In this document: piece after piece, positions 1 through 10,900 of the stretch
Layout: the number at the start of each line of letters is the position of its first letter
How positions within the stretch are numbered: position 1 is the stretch's first letter
NCBI GenBank assembly: GCA_012862495.1
Contig: BLSG01000387.1
Location: forward strand, 179,188 to 204,747
DNA length: 25,560 nucleotides
Direction: 5' to 3'
Source of the DNA: Thraustochytrium aureum
Taxonomy: Eukaryota
Translations under genes and position numbers: made by a program
The notes under the pieces: generated by a model
Database searches by the model: none
The model's input: only the letters and a program-made list of their open reading frames with translations
What the model was told of the DNA's origin: nothing

Positions 1-926
<926 letters not shown>

Positions 927-951
927 CACGCGCGCCACGCGCGAAGCCTCC

Positions 952-987
952 CGCCCGCAGCGCCCGCAGCGCCCGCAGCGCCGCAGC
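952..987. repeat. 9-bp tandem repeat (CGCCCGCAG)x3 plus a degenerate fourth copy
   Basis: Direct reading: copies at 952, 961 and 970, then CGCCGCAGC. Confidence 0.85.
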
Positions 988-1013
988 CCACGTCCAACCG
1001 AGTCTGCCGCCCG

Positions 1014-1404
1014 CAGGACCTCGACCAGATCCTGCACGCGACCAGCGATCCTGCCCGACCAGATCCTGCGCGACCAGCAGCCGCACGAGCGCACGCAGGA
1101 GGACCAGGACCAGACGCAGGAGGACCAGACGCAGGAGCCTCGGCAGGAGGTCCAGCAGGAGGTCCAGCGGGAGCGCCAGCTGGACGATCAGGGGCCACCA
1201 GGACCACGACCAGCTGCACAAGCACCTGGAGGACCAGGACCAGACGCAGGAGCGCCTGCAGGAGCAACACGGCAGGAGGTCCAGCAGCTGCACGATCAGG
1301 ACCACCAGGACCACAACCAGCTGCACGATCAGGACCACCAGGAGCACAACCAACAGCACAAGCACCAGGAGGCCCAGCAGGACCTGAAACACGAGCACAC
1401 GCAC
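1014..1404. repeat. Low-complexity, triplet-periodic (CAG/GAC/CAC/GAG) degenerate repeat in the CWC24/MutS divergent intergenic region
   Basis: Plus strand is T-poor with A at nearly every third base. Internal duplications: GGAGGACCAGGACCAGACGCAGGAG at 1098 and 1228; CGGCAGGAGGTCCAGCAG at 1141 and 1270; CAGCTGCACGATCAGGACCACCAGGA at 1285 and 1318. Confidence 0.8.
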
Positions 1405-1438
1405 TAGTCTGGCGCCCGGCGCGTAGCGCTGCTTGACG

Positions 1439-4400
1439 ATGCTGGCCGCATGGGTGGGCCGGCGGGCGGCTGCACGATGTATATCGCGAAGTGGTCGACG
1501 CGCGGGCTGTGGCGGCGGTTTGTGGGAGACTGGGCGAGGACTCGCGTCGAGCGCGAAAGCTGCTCTGGCGCGCAGGCGGCAGGCGGCGGAAGGGATTCGA
1601 AAACAGGCGCTCGAACTTATGGAGGCGCCGGAAACGACGCCGATGATGAGGCAGTTCTGGGAACTCAAAGCTGCGCATCCGAGCCATTTGCTGCTGTTTC
1701 GGATGGGCGATTTTTTTGAAACCTTTCACGACGACGCCCGCGTCGCGGCTGACGTGCTTCGCGTGACCCTGACGGCGAGGCACGGCAAGAACAAGACCAA
1801 AAGGGACGGCAAGCCTGTGCATCAGGTGCCCATGTGCGGGATTCCCCACCATGCTCTCGACAGATACCTTGGAAAACTATTGCACGCAGGCATCCGCGTC
1901 GCCATCTGCGAACAGGGCACGGACGAGGTAACAGTGGACAAAAAGCGCGTGCTGGAGCGTTCTGTCGTGCGACTCGTCACGCCAGGCACAGTTACGGAGG
2001 ACATGTTCCTGTCGCCCACTGAACACAACTTCCTCCTGTCCCTCGCGAGCGGGCCGAGCGAAGCGTCCTCCGAGGCCCGCCCCGAGTTTGGTTTAGCGCG
2101 CTTCGACATGTCCACAGGAGAGCTCTGCGTCGCGCTTCTTGGAGGGGCAGATTCTCTGCAGACGGTGCTTCTTGGGTTTTCCGGGAGCGAACTCGTCATC
2201 CCCGAATGCCACGTTGGACTTGACCTCTTCCAGGAAGACTACGCAGCGCTGCCCGGCTCGACAAGGCTGCTGGACGAAGTGGTGTGCCCGGTTCTTGGGA
2301 ACTGCATCGTCACCGTGCGGGACGATGCCTCCTTCGTGCCGCAAAGTTCAGGGCAGTTGTTGAACGGTTTCGCGTTCGCGCGTGCCGGGCAAGACGACTC
2401 GGACGGAACACGGATCGCGGCGGAACAGCTCCGCCCCGCAGAGAAGGCAGCTGTCACCGGGCTGCTTAACTACGTGCGCCATACGCAGCGGGGCGCCCTA
2501 CCCCAGGTTTTGGAGCCCTTGCGGATTGGGGCGGCTGCATCAAAGCCGCACATGCGCATTGACCCGCCCGCGCTCAAGAACTTGGAGATACTCAAGACTT
2601 CATCAGGGGCCAAACGAGGCTCGCTGCTTCACGCAGTGGACAGGACGCGCACCAGCGGCGGGGCGCGTCTCCTGGCCGATCGCTTGCAAGCTCCGTTGGC
2701 GACCAAGTGGGAAATCGAAGCGCGGCTCGCTTCTGTTGAGTTCCTCCTTGAGCGCCCGGAGCTGCGCCGCCGCGTAGAAAACCACCTTCGGGCTGCGGCA
2801 GACGTTGCGCGCTGTCTTCAGCGTGTGACGGTCGGGCGTGGGTCGCCAGACGACCTCGTCTGCATCGCGAAAACGCTGCCGCTTGTGCGAGAGCTGGCCC
2901 GCGAGCTGCGACAAGGGGAAACGCGCGCCGCGGACGGCGCGCAAGCGCTCCGTGGCTCAGACCTGCACCTTCTCGTCGAGCGCATCGAGGCCCTCCCCGA
3001 TGGGCTATTCCACGTAGTTGCCGAGCTCGCCCGCGCGTTTGCCACCGAGCATGGCCTCGAGGCCTCCTCCGGCGCCAGCGACGAAGGCGACCCGGACCCG
3101 AATGGTGCAGTTGAGGGCGAGCCTGAGGACGAGCCGAAAGGCCCTGCCGCCGGAGGGTCCCTTACACAACTGACACACTCGGGGGCCATTGCCTTTGGGT
3201 ACTGCGAAAAGCTAGATGCGAAGCGCGAGCTGCGTGACGGCGCGCGAAGCGTCCTTCGAAAAATGCAGCTCCAACTCCGCGAAGAAACGGGGATCTCAAC
3301 GCTCAAAATTGGCTCGACGCGCATGTCCGGGTTCTTCCTCGAAGTGCCATCCGCCAAGGCTGACGGGCTCTCGCGCGACGCATTCTTCATGACGCAGGAG
3401 CTGACCAGAACCAAGCGCTTCAAAACCCAAGCACTCATTTCGACAGAGAGGCAGATCTCCACAGCTCACATCGAAGTGGCACGGCTCGAAGCGGAGATAT
3501 TGCAGCGCTTGTTTGCCATGGTGCGCGACCACGGGGAGGCGATTGCAGAGGCTGCATTTTGCCTGGCAGCGGTGGACGTGGCCCTTGGCTTTGCCGATTT
3601 GGCCCAGCAGTCGGGCTTGACGCGGCCAAGCATCGCAGACGAGCCATGCATGTACATTCGTGGCGGGCGCCACCTCGTTGTGGAGAACCAGCACCGTCTA
3701 CGTTCTGGCATGCGTAAGAACTTTGTGCCCAATGACCTCTGCCTTTCCGCGGGACAACCAGACGCGCCGGGTTCGGACCCCAGCTGCTGGCTTGTCACCG
3801 GTCCGAACATGGGTGGCAAGTCGACCTTTCTTCGTCAGAATGCGCACATCACAATTCTTGCCCAGACTGGTTCTTTTGTGCCCGCCGCGGCAGCGCGGCT
3901 TGGCGTCGTTGATCAGGTGTTCTGCCGCGTCGGCGCCTCGGATGACCTCATTGCTGACCGGTCCACCTTTATGGTGGAAATGCAGGAGGCTGCTACTATC
4001 CTTCGGCAGGCAACCGCGCGCTCGTTCGTTATCGTGGACGAAGTGGGCCGCGGGACCTGCACGAAGGACGGCAGCGCGATAGCGCGTGCCATTTTGGAGC
4101 GACTTTTAGCGATCGGCTGTCGGTCGCTGTTCGCAACGCACTTTCACGAGCTGGCCGATGGGCCGCCGCCGCGGCGGCTCGCCTACAAGCAGATGAACGT
4201 CCTTCACAACGCCGACACGGATCTACTCGTCTTCATGTTTGAGGTTGTCCCTGGTGTCGCGTCGCTCTCATATGGGGTGCATGTTGCGCGCATGGCAGGC
4301 GTCCCCTCGAGCGTGCTAGATCGCGCAACGGAGCTTCTCAAGGAGAATGGTGACGAAACAAGAATGGCTGCAGTGGGCCTATGCCTGCAGGACGTTGACC

Positions 4401-4489
4401 GCCTTTCGGAGGCACAAGTTCGGCGGTTGGCCAAGTCGTTGCAGAAGGAACTGGCCCTTCAGGTTCGCGCGCCGGAGGCACGTACCTAG
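1439..4489 (+). CDS. MSH1: DNA mismatch repair protein MutS (bacterial MutS1-like / mitochondrial MSH1-type)
   Basis: Single ORF with first ATG at 1439. Domain I TPMMRQF...FRMGDFFE (mismatch-binding F-x-E at 1706-1720); PMCGIP; VAICEQ; RLVTPGT; Walker A TGPNMGGKST (~3797-3826); RSTFMVEM; Walker B IVDEVGRGT; FATHFHEL; HTH SYGVHVARMAGVP. The Arg/Ala/Ser-rich, acid-poor N-terminal ~50 aa resembles a mitochondrial presequence. Confidence 0.93.
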   Translation: MLAAWVGRRAAARCISRSGRRAGCGGGLWETGRGLASSAKAALARRRQAAEGIRKQALELMEAPETTPMMRQFWELKAAHPSHLLLFRMGDFFETFHDDARVAADVLRVTLTARHGKNKTKRDGKPVHQVPMCGIPHHALDRYLGKLLHAGIRVAICEQGTDEVTVDKKRVLERSVVRLVTPGTVTEDMFLSPTEHNFLLSLASGPSEASSEARPEFGLARFDMSTGELCVALLGGADSLQTVLLGFSGSELVIPECHVGLDLFQEDYAALPGSTRLLDEVVCPVLGNCIVTVRDDASFVPQSSGQLLNGFAFARAGQDDSDGTRIAAEQLRPAEKAAVTGLLNYVRHTQRGALPQVLEPLRIGAAASKPHMRIDPPALKNLEILKTSSGAKRGSLLHAVDRTRTSGGARLLADRLQAPLATKWEIEARLASVEFLLERPELRRRVENHLRAAADVARCLQRVTVGRGSPDDLVCIAKTLPLVRELARELRQGETRAADGAQALRGSDLHLLVERIEALPDGLFHVVAELARAFATEHGLEASSGASDEGDPDPNGAVEGEPEDEPKGPAAGGSLTQLTHSGAIAFGYCEKLDAKRELRDGARSVLRKMQLQLREETGISTLKIGSTRMSGFFLEVPSAKADGLSRDAFFMTQELTRTKRFKTQALISTERQISTAHIEVARLEAEILQRLFAMVRDHGEAIAEAAFCLAAVDVALGFADLAQQSGLTRPSIADEPCMYIRGGRHLVVENQHRLRSGMRKNFVPNDLCLSAGQPDAPGSDPSCWLVTGPNMGGKSTFLRQNAHITILAQTGSFVPAAAARLGVVDQVFCRVGASDDLIADRSTFMVEMQEAATILRQATARSFVIVDEVGRGTCTKDGSAIARAILERLLAIGCRSLFATHFHELADGPPPRRLAYKQMNVLHNADTDLLVFMFEVVPGVASLSYGVHVARMAGVPSSVLDRATELLKENGDETRMAAVGLCLQDVDRLSEAQVRRLAKSLQKELALQVRAPEART

Positions 4490-4518
4490 CTGGAACTCCA
4501 ATCTACCGGAGTCTGACG

Positions 4519-4559
4519 CAGTGGCTCGTCGTGCAGGTCAGTGGCTCGTCGTGCAGGTC
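4519..4559. repeat. Perfect 20-bp tandem duplication (CAGTGGCTCGTCGTGCAGGT)x2
   Basis: Direct reading, 30 bp downstream of the MutS stop. Confidence 0.9.
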
Positions 4560-4825
4560 GCAATGAAAGTAGTTAGATCGGGTTGCTTGCCACGTGATGT
4601 GGCCGAGTAGCCTTCGTCGAATAGTGCCCTTGTCGCATGGTGAGGTTTTCTTCGGCTGTCTCGTCAAGAGATTGCTTGCTTGCTTCAACGATTGCGATCC
4701 GGAGGTGATCGTTGAAAAGTTCATCACGAACGTTTCGTGCACGAGCACGCGGCTTCCGTCGCCCGCAAAGGTGTCCCGTCACAGGCCGCCGGAGGATGCA
4801 GCCTCTTCTCTGTGTTAACCCATTC

Positions 4826-4868
4826 ATGGATGGATGCATGGATGGACTGGGTTGGGTTGGATTGGATT
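4826..4868. repeat. Short ATGG / TGGGT / TTGGA microsatellite-like tract between the convergent 3' ends
   Basis: ATGGATGGATGCATGGATGGACTGGGTTGGGTTGGATTGGATT, followed by a T-rich stretch. Confidence 0.6.
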
Positions 4869-4913
4869 TCATTTTTTTGTTGATTGATTCTTGAAATCAA
4901 GAAGCACATTGGT

Positions 4914-7900
4914 TTACGCGTCGGAATCAGAATCCTCCTCGAGCCCGGCGTGCGCATCAGCCGACGAGTCCTGGACTTCATCCCGCTTCTTGCGCCCCTT
5001 CGCCTTGACGAGCTTATCCTTCCTGCTCTTGACCGCTGAAATCATACCTCCGAGAAACTCGTTCTTCTTTCGGGGGATGTCGCCAGCGACCATGGGGTTT
5101 TGAACTCCGAACAGCAGATCGTCGCCCATTTGGTCCTCCTGCTTCTTGTTGCGAAGCTCCCGCCGCAGCGCTTCATTCTGCTCTGCAACCCGATCCAGCT
5201 CGGCTTGGTTTTGCTCGAGCTCGTTGCGCAGCCGCGTGTTGCCGGGCTTAAAGTTGGCGTCAAACATCGGGTTGCTGTCGTACTGGAGGTCAGCGTCGAG
5301 GTCGACCACCTCGTGGTTCTCTGGCTTGCGGCGCTGCAGAAGCTGGATGAAGCGCGTGCAGCTCCGCACGGAGAGCGTTGGGAAGATCTCCACCATGATG
5401 ACCGTAACGATGTAAATAAACGTGAGCACGATGCAGATGATCACCAAGTAGGCGATCAGGTCGCGCTGCGCATTAATGTCATCGCGACCCTCGAACCGCC
5501 CGGACGAGAACATAACGCCGCCTAGGCAGATAAAGATCGAGCTGGCGAGCAGGACGGCTTCCACGGTGTTGTAGTCGAAAAACAGCTGCGCGGCGCGGCG
5601 GCGACGGTCCTCCTTCTTGGCGTACTTGGAGACGGTCTGTTCCTTCCACATGTCCTTGCCGTCAAAGCGGGTCCTGTCGCGGCGCGCGATCTCCTTTGCC
5701 TTCTTGACCGCGTCTTGCACCTTGCGCTGCATGTCTGTGTACCCCTTGAACTCCTCCAGGTCAAGCCCACGCTCGGCTTTCTCGTCCAGCTCCTTGAGCA
5801 CAATGGCGCGCTCCCCGGTGCTCAGGTACGGGCGGTACTGGAGGTGGATGCAGAATGCGACGAAGAGAACGAGCAGGATCACGCTGAGCTGGAAGGTGCT
5901 GTTCTGGCGAAACATGAGCGCCGCGGCTGCGACTCCGAGCTTGCGGGCGAGAATGGTGAGAATCCAAAACACGCGCTCAGGCTTGAAGTGCATGTACAGC
6001 GCCGAATACTTTTTGCGGATGTCGTACGCATGCGGGTTGGTCTCGCGCGTGTTGCCAATGCCCGAAGCGCGCAGGTACTGGTCCTCCTGAATGAGCACTT
6101 TGTTGCGGTGGATGGCAAAGTAGACGCCAGTCGGGAAGCCCAGGCCGTAAATGACCAGGAACACGGCAGCGAGCGGAGCCAAACGCGACTGGACGCCCTC
6201 GCCGCACTTGCACAGCGAACCGCCGTCGCAGCTCAGGCTGGTAAAACTCGTGTACCGGTACCCGTCGTCCTGCTCGGGGAGTGCGTTGCAGTTGTAGATT
6301 TCGAGCGCTTTGCGCGTCACACCCAGGTAGCAAATGTACATGATGACCAGCCAAACCGAGACGAGGCGGGCCACGTGGCTCGTGAGCTTCGCGCGGCTGC
6401 GCAGGCGCGCCATCTTGTACAGCGAATACGACAGGTGCACCAGCAAAAGGAGCGCGAGGACGGCGAGTGGCAGCGTCTCCATCAAATACCACTTGGTCTC
6501 GTACTCGAGACTCGGGACGAGGCACTCGAGGCCCGTAACGTCAATGTTGAGAGAGAAGACTTGCAGAAACTCGAACAGAGCCAACAGCGCGGCGGGCCAC
6601 TCGACTTTTACAGAGCTGAACACGCCCAGAACCTGCAGCCAGTCGATCGTCACCGCAAACAGCGCAAGGTTGACGTTGTACTTGTTGAGATACCAGCCTC
6701 CCGCAATCGCGATGAGGACGAGCAGCACGAAGCCAACAATCACGAGTTCGGGGTTGTTCGGGCACTCCTTGCAGACGTTGTTGAGGCGGAAGTGAGTAAA
6801 GAGCGAGCACAGTGCACACTGCTTGGGCATTGTGCACTCGCACTGGCCGCGCGGCGTGCCCGTTTCCTCATCGAAAGACACTGCGCAGGTGCTGCAATCC
6901 TCGGGGCGGTCGGGGCTGCACGCCGAGCCCGGTTCGGGGTTGCAGTCCTCGTCCACGCCCTCGTACGTGCTTGTGAAGGGGTTGAACCGTACGCCGCACG
7001 AGTTGTTGAGCGAGGCCTGCGGCCCGTACCGCTTGTCCTGGCAAAGCTCATACGCATACTTGTACTCGGGAGCGCACTGGTTGCCACTCAGACAAGCCTC
7101 CGAAGGTTCGCAGCTCACGTAGTCGTCACAGGACTCGCCGATCACCAAGTTGGGATATGTTTCGAGCAGGGATATGTTCCAGCGCTCGTTCGCGCATCGG
7201 CGCTTTGCGCGATCCGTCACAGTGTCGCTGTTCGGCTCAAAGAGCGGAACGTCCAGGCGGAAATACCCATCTTGCGAATTCGGGGGCGTGAATGGCACGT
7301 CCGGCTCATTGCAGATGCTCCCTGCGGGGCATTCGACGCAGAGTTGGTTAATCCCGCCCATGCGGCCGAGCGCGTTGCCGAACTGGTCGTACGAGCTCTT
7401 GCAGCGGCTGTTCACGACAGAGGCCGTGTCGCGATACAGCTCGTTGATGCGGTCCTCTGCTCCGTCGCCATCCTGTCGGTCAGCTTCAACGAGAAGCTGC
7501 GCGTCCGAGTTGAAACGGGGCAAAAAGGCAACCTGCCCCGCGACGCAAACAAAGAGGGACTTTGGCCCAGTGACGTCGCGACCTGGCTCGCAGCGGATGA
7601 AAGGCTTGCCCTCCTCGTCTTCGTCCCCGCTCCGCCAGCTCGCGCTCGCGCAAGCGCGGCCGTTCAGCAGCACCGTCGCAGGACTTGAAACCCCGCCAAA
7701 GTCGTCGCCGAGGAGCTCGATCGTAGAGCCCGCGCCGTCAGCATTCTGGAACCCATAGCCAGCGAACAGCGACCCTGGGCTAGAAAAGTCAACCTTGGGC
7801 GCATCGTAGTGGAAGAGGATCGGCTTGCTGGAGGTGAGGTTCGCTGCGTCCGCAAACTGGTTCCCGACCTGGATGCGGATACGCAAGTTGCGGCCATAGC

Positions 7901-10900
7901 CTGGCGGGATCTGGAACGACACCTTGGTGTGCTCGTGCAGACAGCCCTCCTCCTCCGTGCAGACCTCGGGATGGTCGCCCTGCGAGGAAGTCGTGGCGGC
8001 CTCGAACTCTACCGTCGTGTTGCCGTCTGCGTCCGCCTTGTAGAAAAACACGCGAATCTGGCGGCTCGCGTTGAACAGGTTGGTGCTAAAGTTGTCGCCG
8101 TTGAGCGTCATGATCGACTTTTGGAAGCACCGGCGGTACACGTTGATCGCAGTGCCGAACTCCTCGTACGCCTCGCGGCGGCGGCGCAGATAGTCCCTGT
8201 ACGGCTCCCACGAAAAGCAGCCGGAGGTTGGCCCTGTCGGCGACTGCAACACACTTGGAGTCACAAGCGAGGCCGTCGCTTGCTGTGGGAGGCGGTAGGC
8301 CTTGGCGCTCTGCAGGGCGGCGAGGGAGCGCACAGTCGCCGACATGTACAGTTTGGAGCGCTCTGCAACGAGGTAGATACCGTACGTCTCTCCAGTCTGC
8401 ACAATGTCACGCAGGTCAGCAAGAGTCGAGCAGCCGCTCTGTGCAATGCACTGTGTCACGTCGCGCCCCACCGCAAGCTCCCAGTCGGAGCCGCAGCAGA
8501 CCACCGGCACAGCGAGGAATCGGCGGCCTTCTGTTGACTGCGGCGTCACGGTGACGCTGTACACAATTTGCTTGAACACGCGCGTGCAGTCGAGCTCGAG
8601 TTCAGCCTCCTCGACACCGACGTCGCGGTACTCGCCGACTAAATCGATCTGCAGAAGCACCGCGGACGCAGTGCAGCTCGCATCCCCGTAGAGGAGGACA
8701 GTGCGCTCAAAGTAGTTGCTCTTGTAAATCCTGTGGTTGACGGTGCGCCAAGAGAGGTTGCGAAAGCGCACGTTCCGCTCGCACAGAGGCGTCCCGCTTG
8801 CGGCGAGCTCGAGCTCGTCCGGTATAACCACGAGGCGGCGGCGCGTCGAATCGGAGGAATCCGGCCCGTCCGAGAAGAAGCTGTCAGTGACCTCCTCGGT
8901 GGACCCGCCTTCCCAGTTGACTGGGTTGCCGTCCTTGTCGATTGTGACGATCCCCTCCACGGTTGGCTTGCGGTAGGAGAAGAGCTCTTTGGCCAAAACA
9001 GACTGGCCTGCTACCTCCACACGGACCAGAATGTCCTTGCCACGAAATTGCGGCATCAGGAAGTGGATAGCTGTGTGGTTCGAGATCGGCAGGAAGGTGT
9101 TGACCCCGAGGGCGCTTGAGCGCTCCGCGACTTGGAACTCCTCCCCAGCGACTGTGAAGAAAACGCCGAGCACGTCCACGCCAAAGTTGGCGCCGAAGAT
9201 GCTCATTACTTCGGGACGCCCGTCCGAGAACCCATCCGTGCTCGCATCTTCTGGCACGAAGTAGTCCACCTCGGGGGGGCGTAGTCAAACACGGTTTTTT
9301 GTGTCGGCGATCTGCCCGCGAACATTGATCACGACGGGGAGGTCCCGGCCCTCGCCAGCAGGGATAATGCAAAAGATCTCCGACTGTGTGTTGGACTGGA
9401 GCTGGCATGTCAGCGCGCCCAGCTGGATCTGTGGGCGCACCGGAGTGCAATCAGTCGCCAGCACGGATTCACACGTGCGGGAGAAGGGGCGGCCGAAGAA
9501 TGCGCCAGTGACCCTGAGCTCTTGGCCCCCTTCCGTGGAACGGCCAGACGAGTAGTCGACCGCATCAACGCGCGGTGGGACATACGAGATGGAGAACTCG
9601 CCGTTTTGCGGCGAGGTGTCTTGGTTGCCGACCTGAAGGAACACCGCAAGAGACTTGCCCTCCCCAGGAGGAAGCTGGCATGTGAGCTCCTCATGGTCGT
9701 ACGCGCTGCAGTTGACGAGGCCCACCGGATTCCATGTGTTCCCAAAGATGCCGTTCTCAGTCAGCTCGAGCAGGAAGACCTGTCCGAGGAGGCCAAAGTT
9801 CGCCCCACTGATCGTGATGTCCTCGCCACCGAGCGTGCTCGCAAGCGATGCACCCGCGATCGCGGTGATGGTTGGCTTGGCGTAGTTGACCAACTCGTAC
9901 GCGTTGTTGGCGAGCGAAGTCTGGTCACTAGACCCGCTCGCGACCACGAGCTCGTTCAGCTCGCCTTGGCCATCGGGCACTGCAATGGTCGTCTTCCAGC
10001 ACTTGATGTCGAGCGTCATGAGGCTTCCAAAGTTGTGCGGAGGGATGCTCGGGTCGTTGCACTCGAGCTCCTCGTGGGCAGTGACAAGAGCAGCGATACC
10101 ACCGATAGTTACTGTGGGTTGAGCCAGGCCAAAGTAGAGCCCCCAAACGTAGATGAGATCTGTCCCAGTCGCGCGCGTTGGGAAGCGCACATCCTTGAGC
10201 GGTAGGTTGCGCGAAGTCGTCGTTTGGAACACGAACGGGCTCTCCGCGTTAAAGCTCAGCGTATTAGTGCTTTTCTCGCCGCACTTGACGTACACAAACC
10301 CAACATCGCTCGTGCACAAAGAGATCGTGCGATGTGAATGGTCTTCCAGCACAAAGCGGTCATTGTTGCCGTTCAGATACACTTGGCAGCAGGCCGGAGA
10401 GCCGCAAAAGTTTCGCCCGCGCAGCGTGACGCGGTACTCGCCAGCGCACGACCCTGGCACGGCAGCCAGGTCGCCGATTGGTTCTGCGTAGACAGACTCA
10501 AGCACGGGGTCCGCGTAGCGGAAGTCGTAAGCATTGCTCAGGTACTTGTCGCTGAACAGCTTTGACTCGAGCCGCACGCCAAGTGTCTGGGCTGCCGACC
10601 CGGTCATCTCGGGTACGACAAACTCGACCACCTTGACGCTTCCTGCGGGGGTGCTCAAGGGGCAATCCGCTTCGGTGTCGATTGGGGTTGTGCTCGAGAT
10701 CGACTCGTCATAGATTGCGCTGTAGCGAAGCTCTTGGCCGCCAAACAGTACCACAACACTAGATTGCGGATCGCACGCCACGAGGCCATACCCGCGCAAG
10801 CGAATCCTGAAACCGCCTTCGGTTGGGCCGGTTAGTGTGGAGGCCGCCAACAATTCGGGCAGCCTGTAGCTTGTTCGCACCGAGCTCAGCAAAGAACTCT

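Noticed and set aside
1439..4489. Bacterial contig, or plant-type/giant-virus MutS
   Set aside because: Flanked by spliceosomal CWC24 and eukaryotic receptor genes, carries a presequence-like N-terminus, and lacks a GIY-YIG or HNH domain.
5382..6746. Flamingo/CELSR-type 7-TM adhesion GPCR
   Set aside because: Nine hydrophobic segments; no GPS/GAIN, laminin-G or class-B GPCR motifs seen.
5715..7688. Long plus-strand ORFs (657 aa; also 12434..13846, 15197..16219, 24479..25519)
   Set aside because: Antisense shadows of GC-rich coding sequence with no recognisable motifs.
9292..9301. Programmed -1 frameshift at A_AAA_AAC
   Set aside because: A -1 shift leads to a frame that does not encode the downstream IPT sequence. 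The frame needed is +1 and then back.
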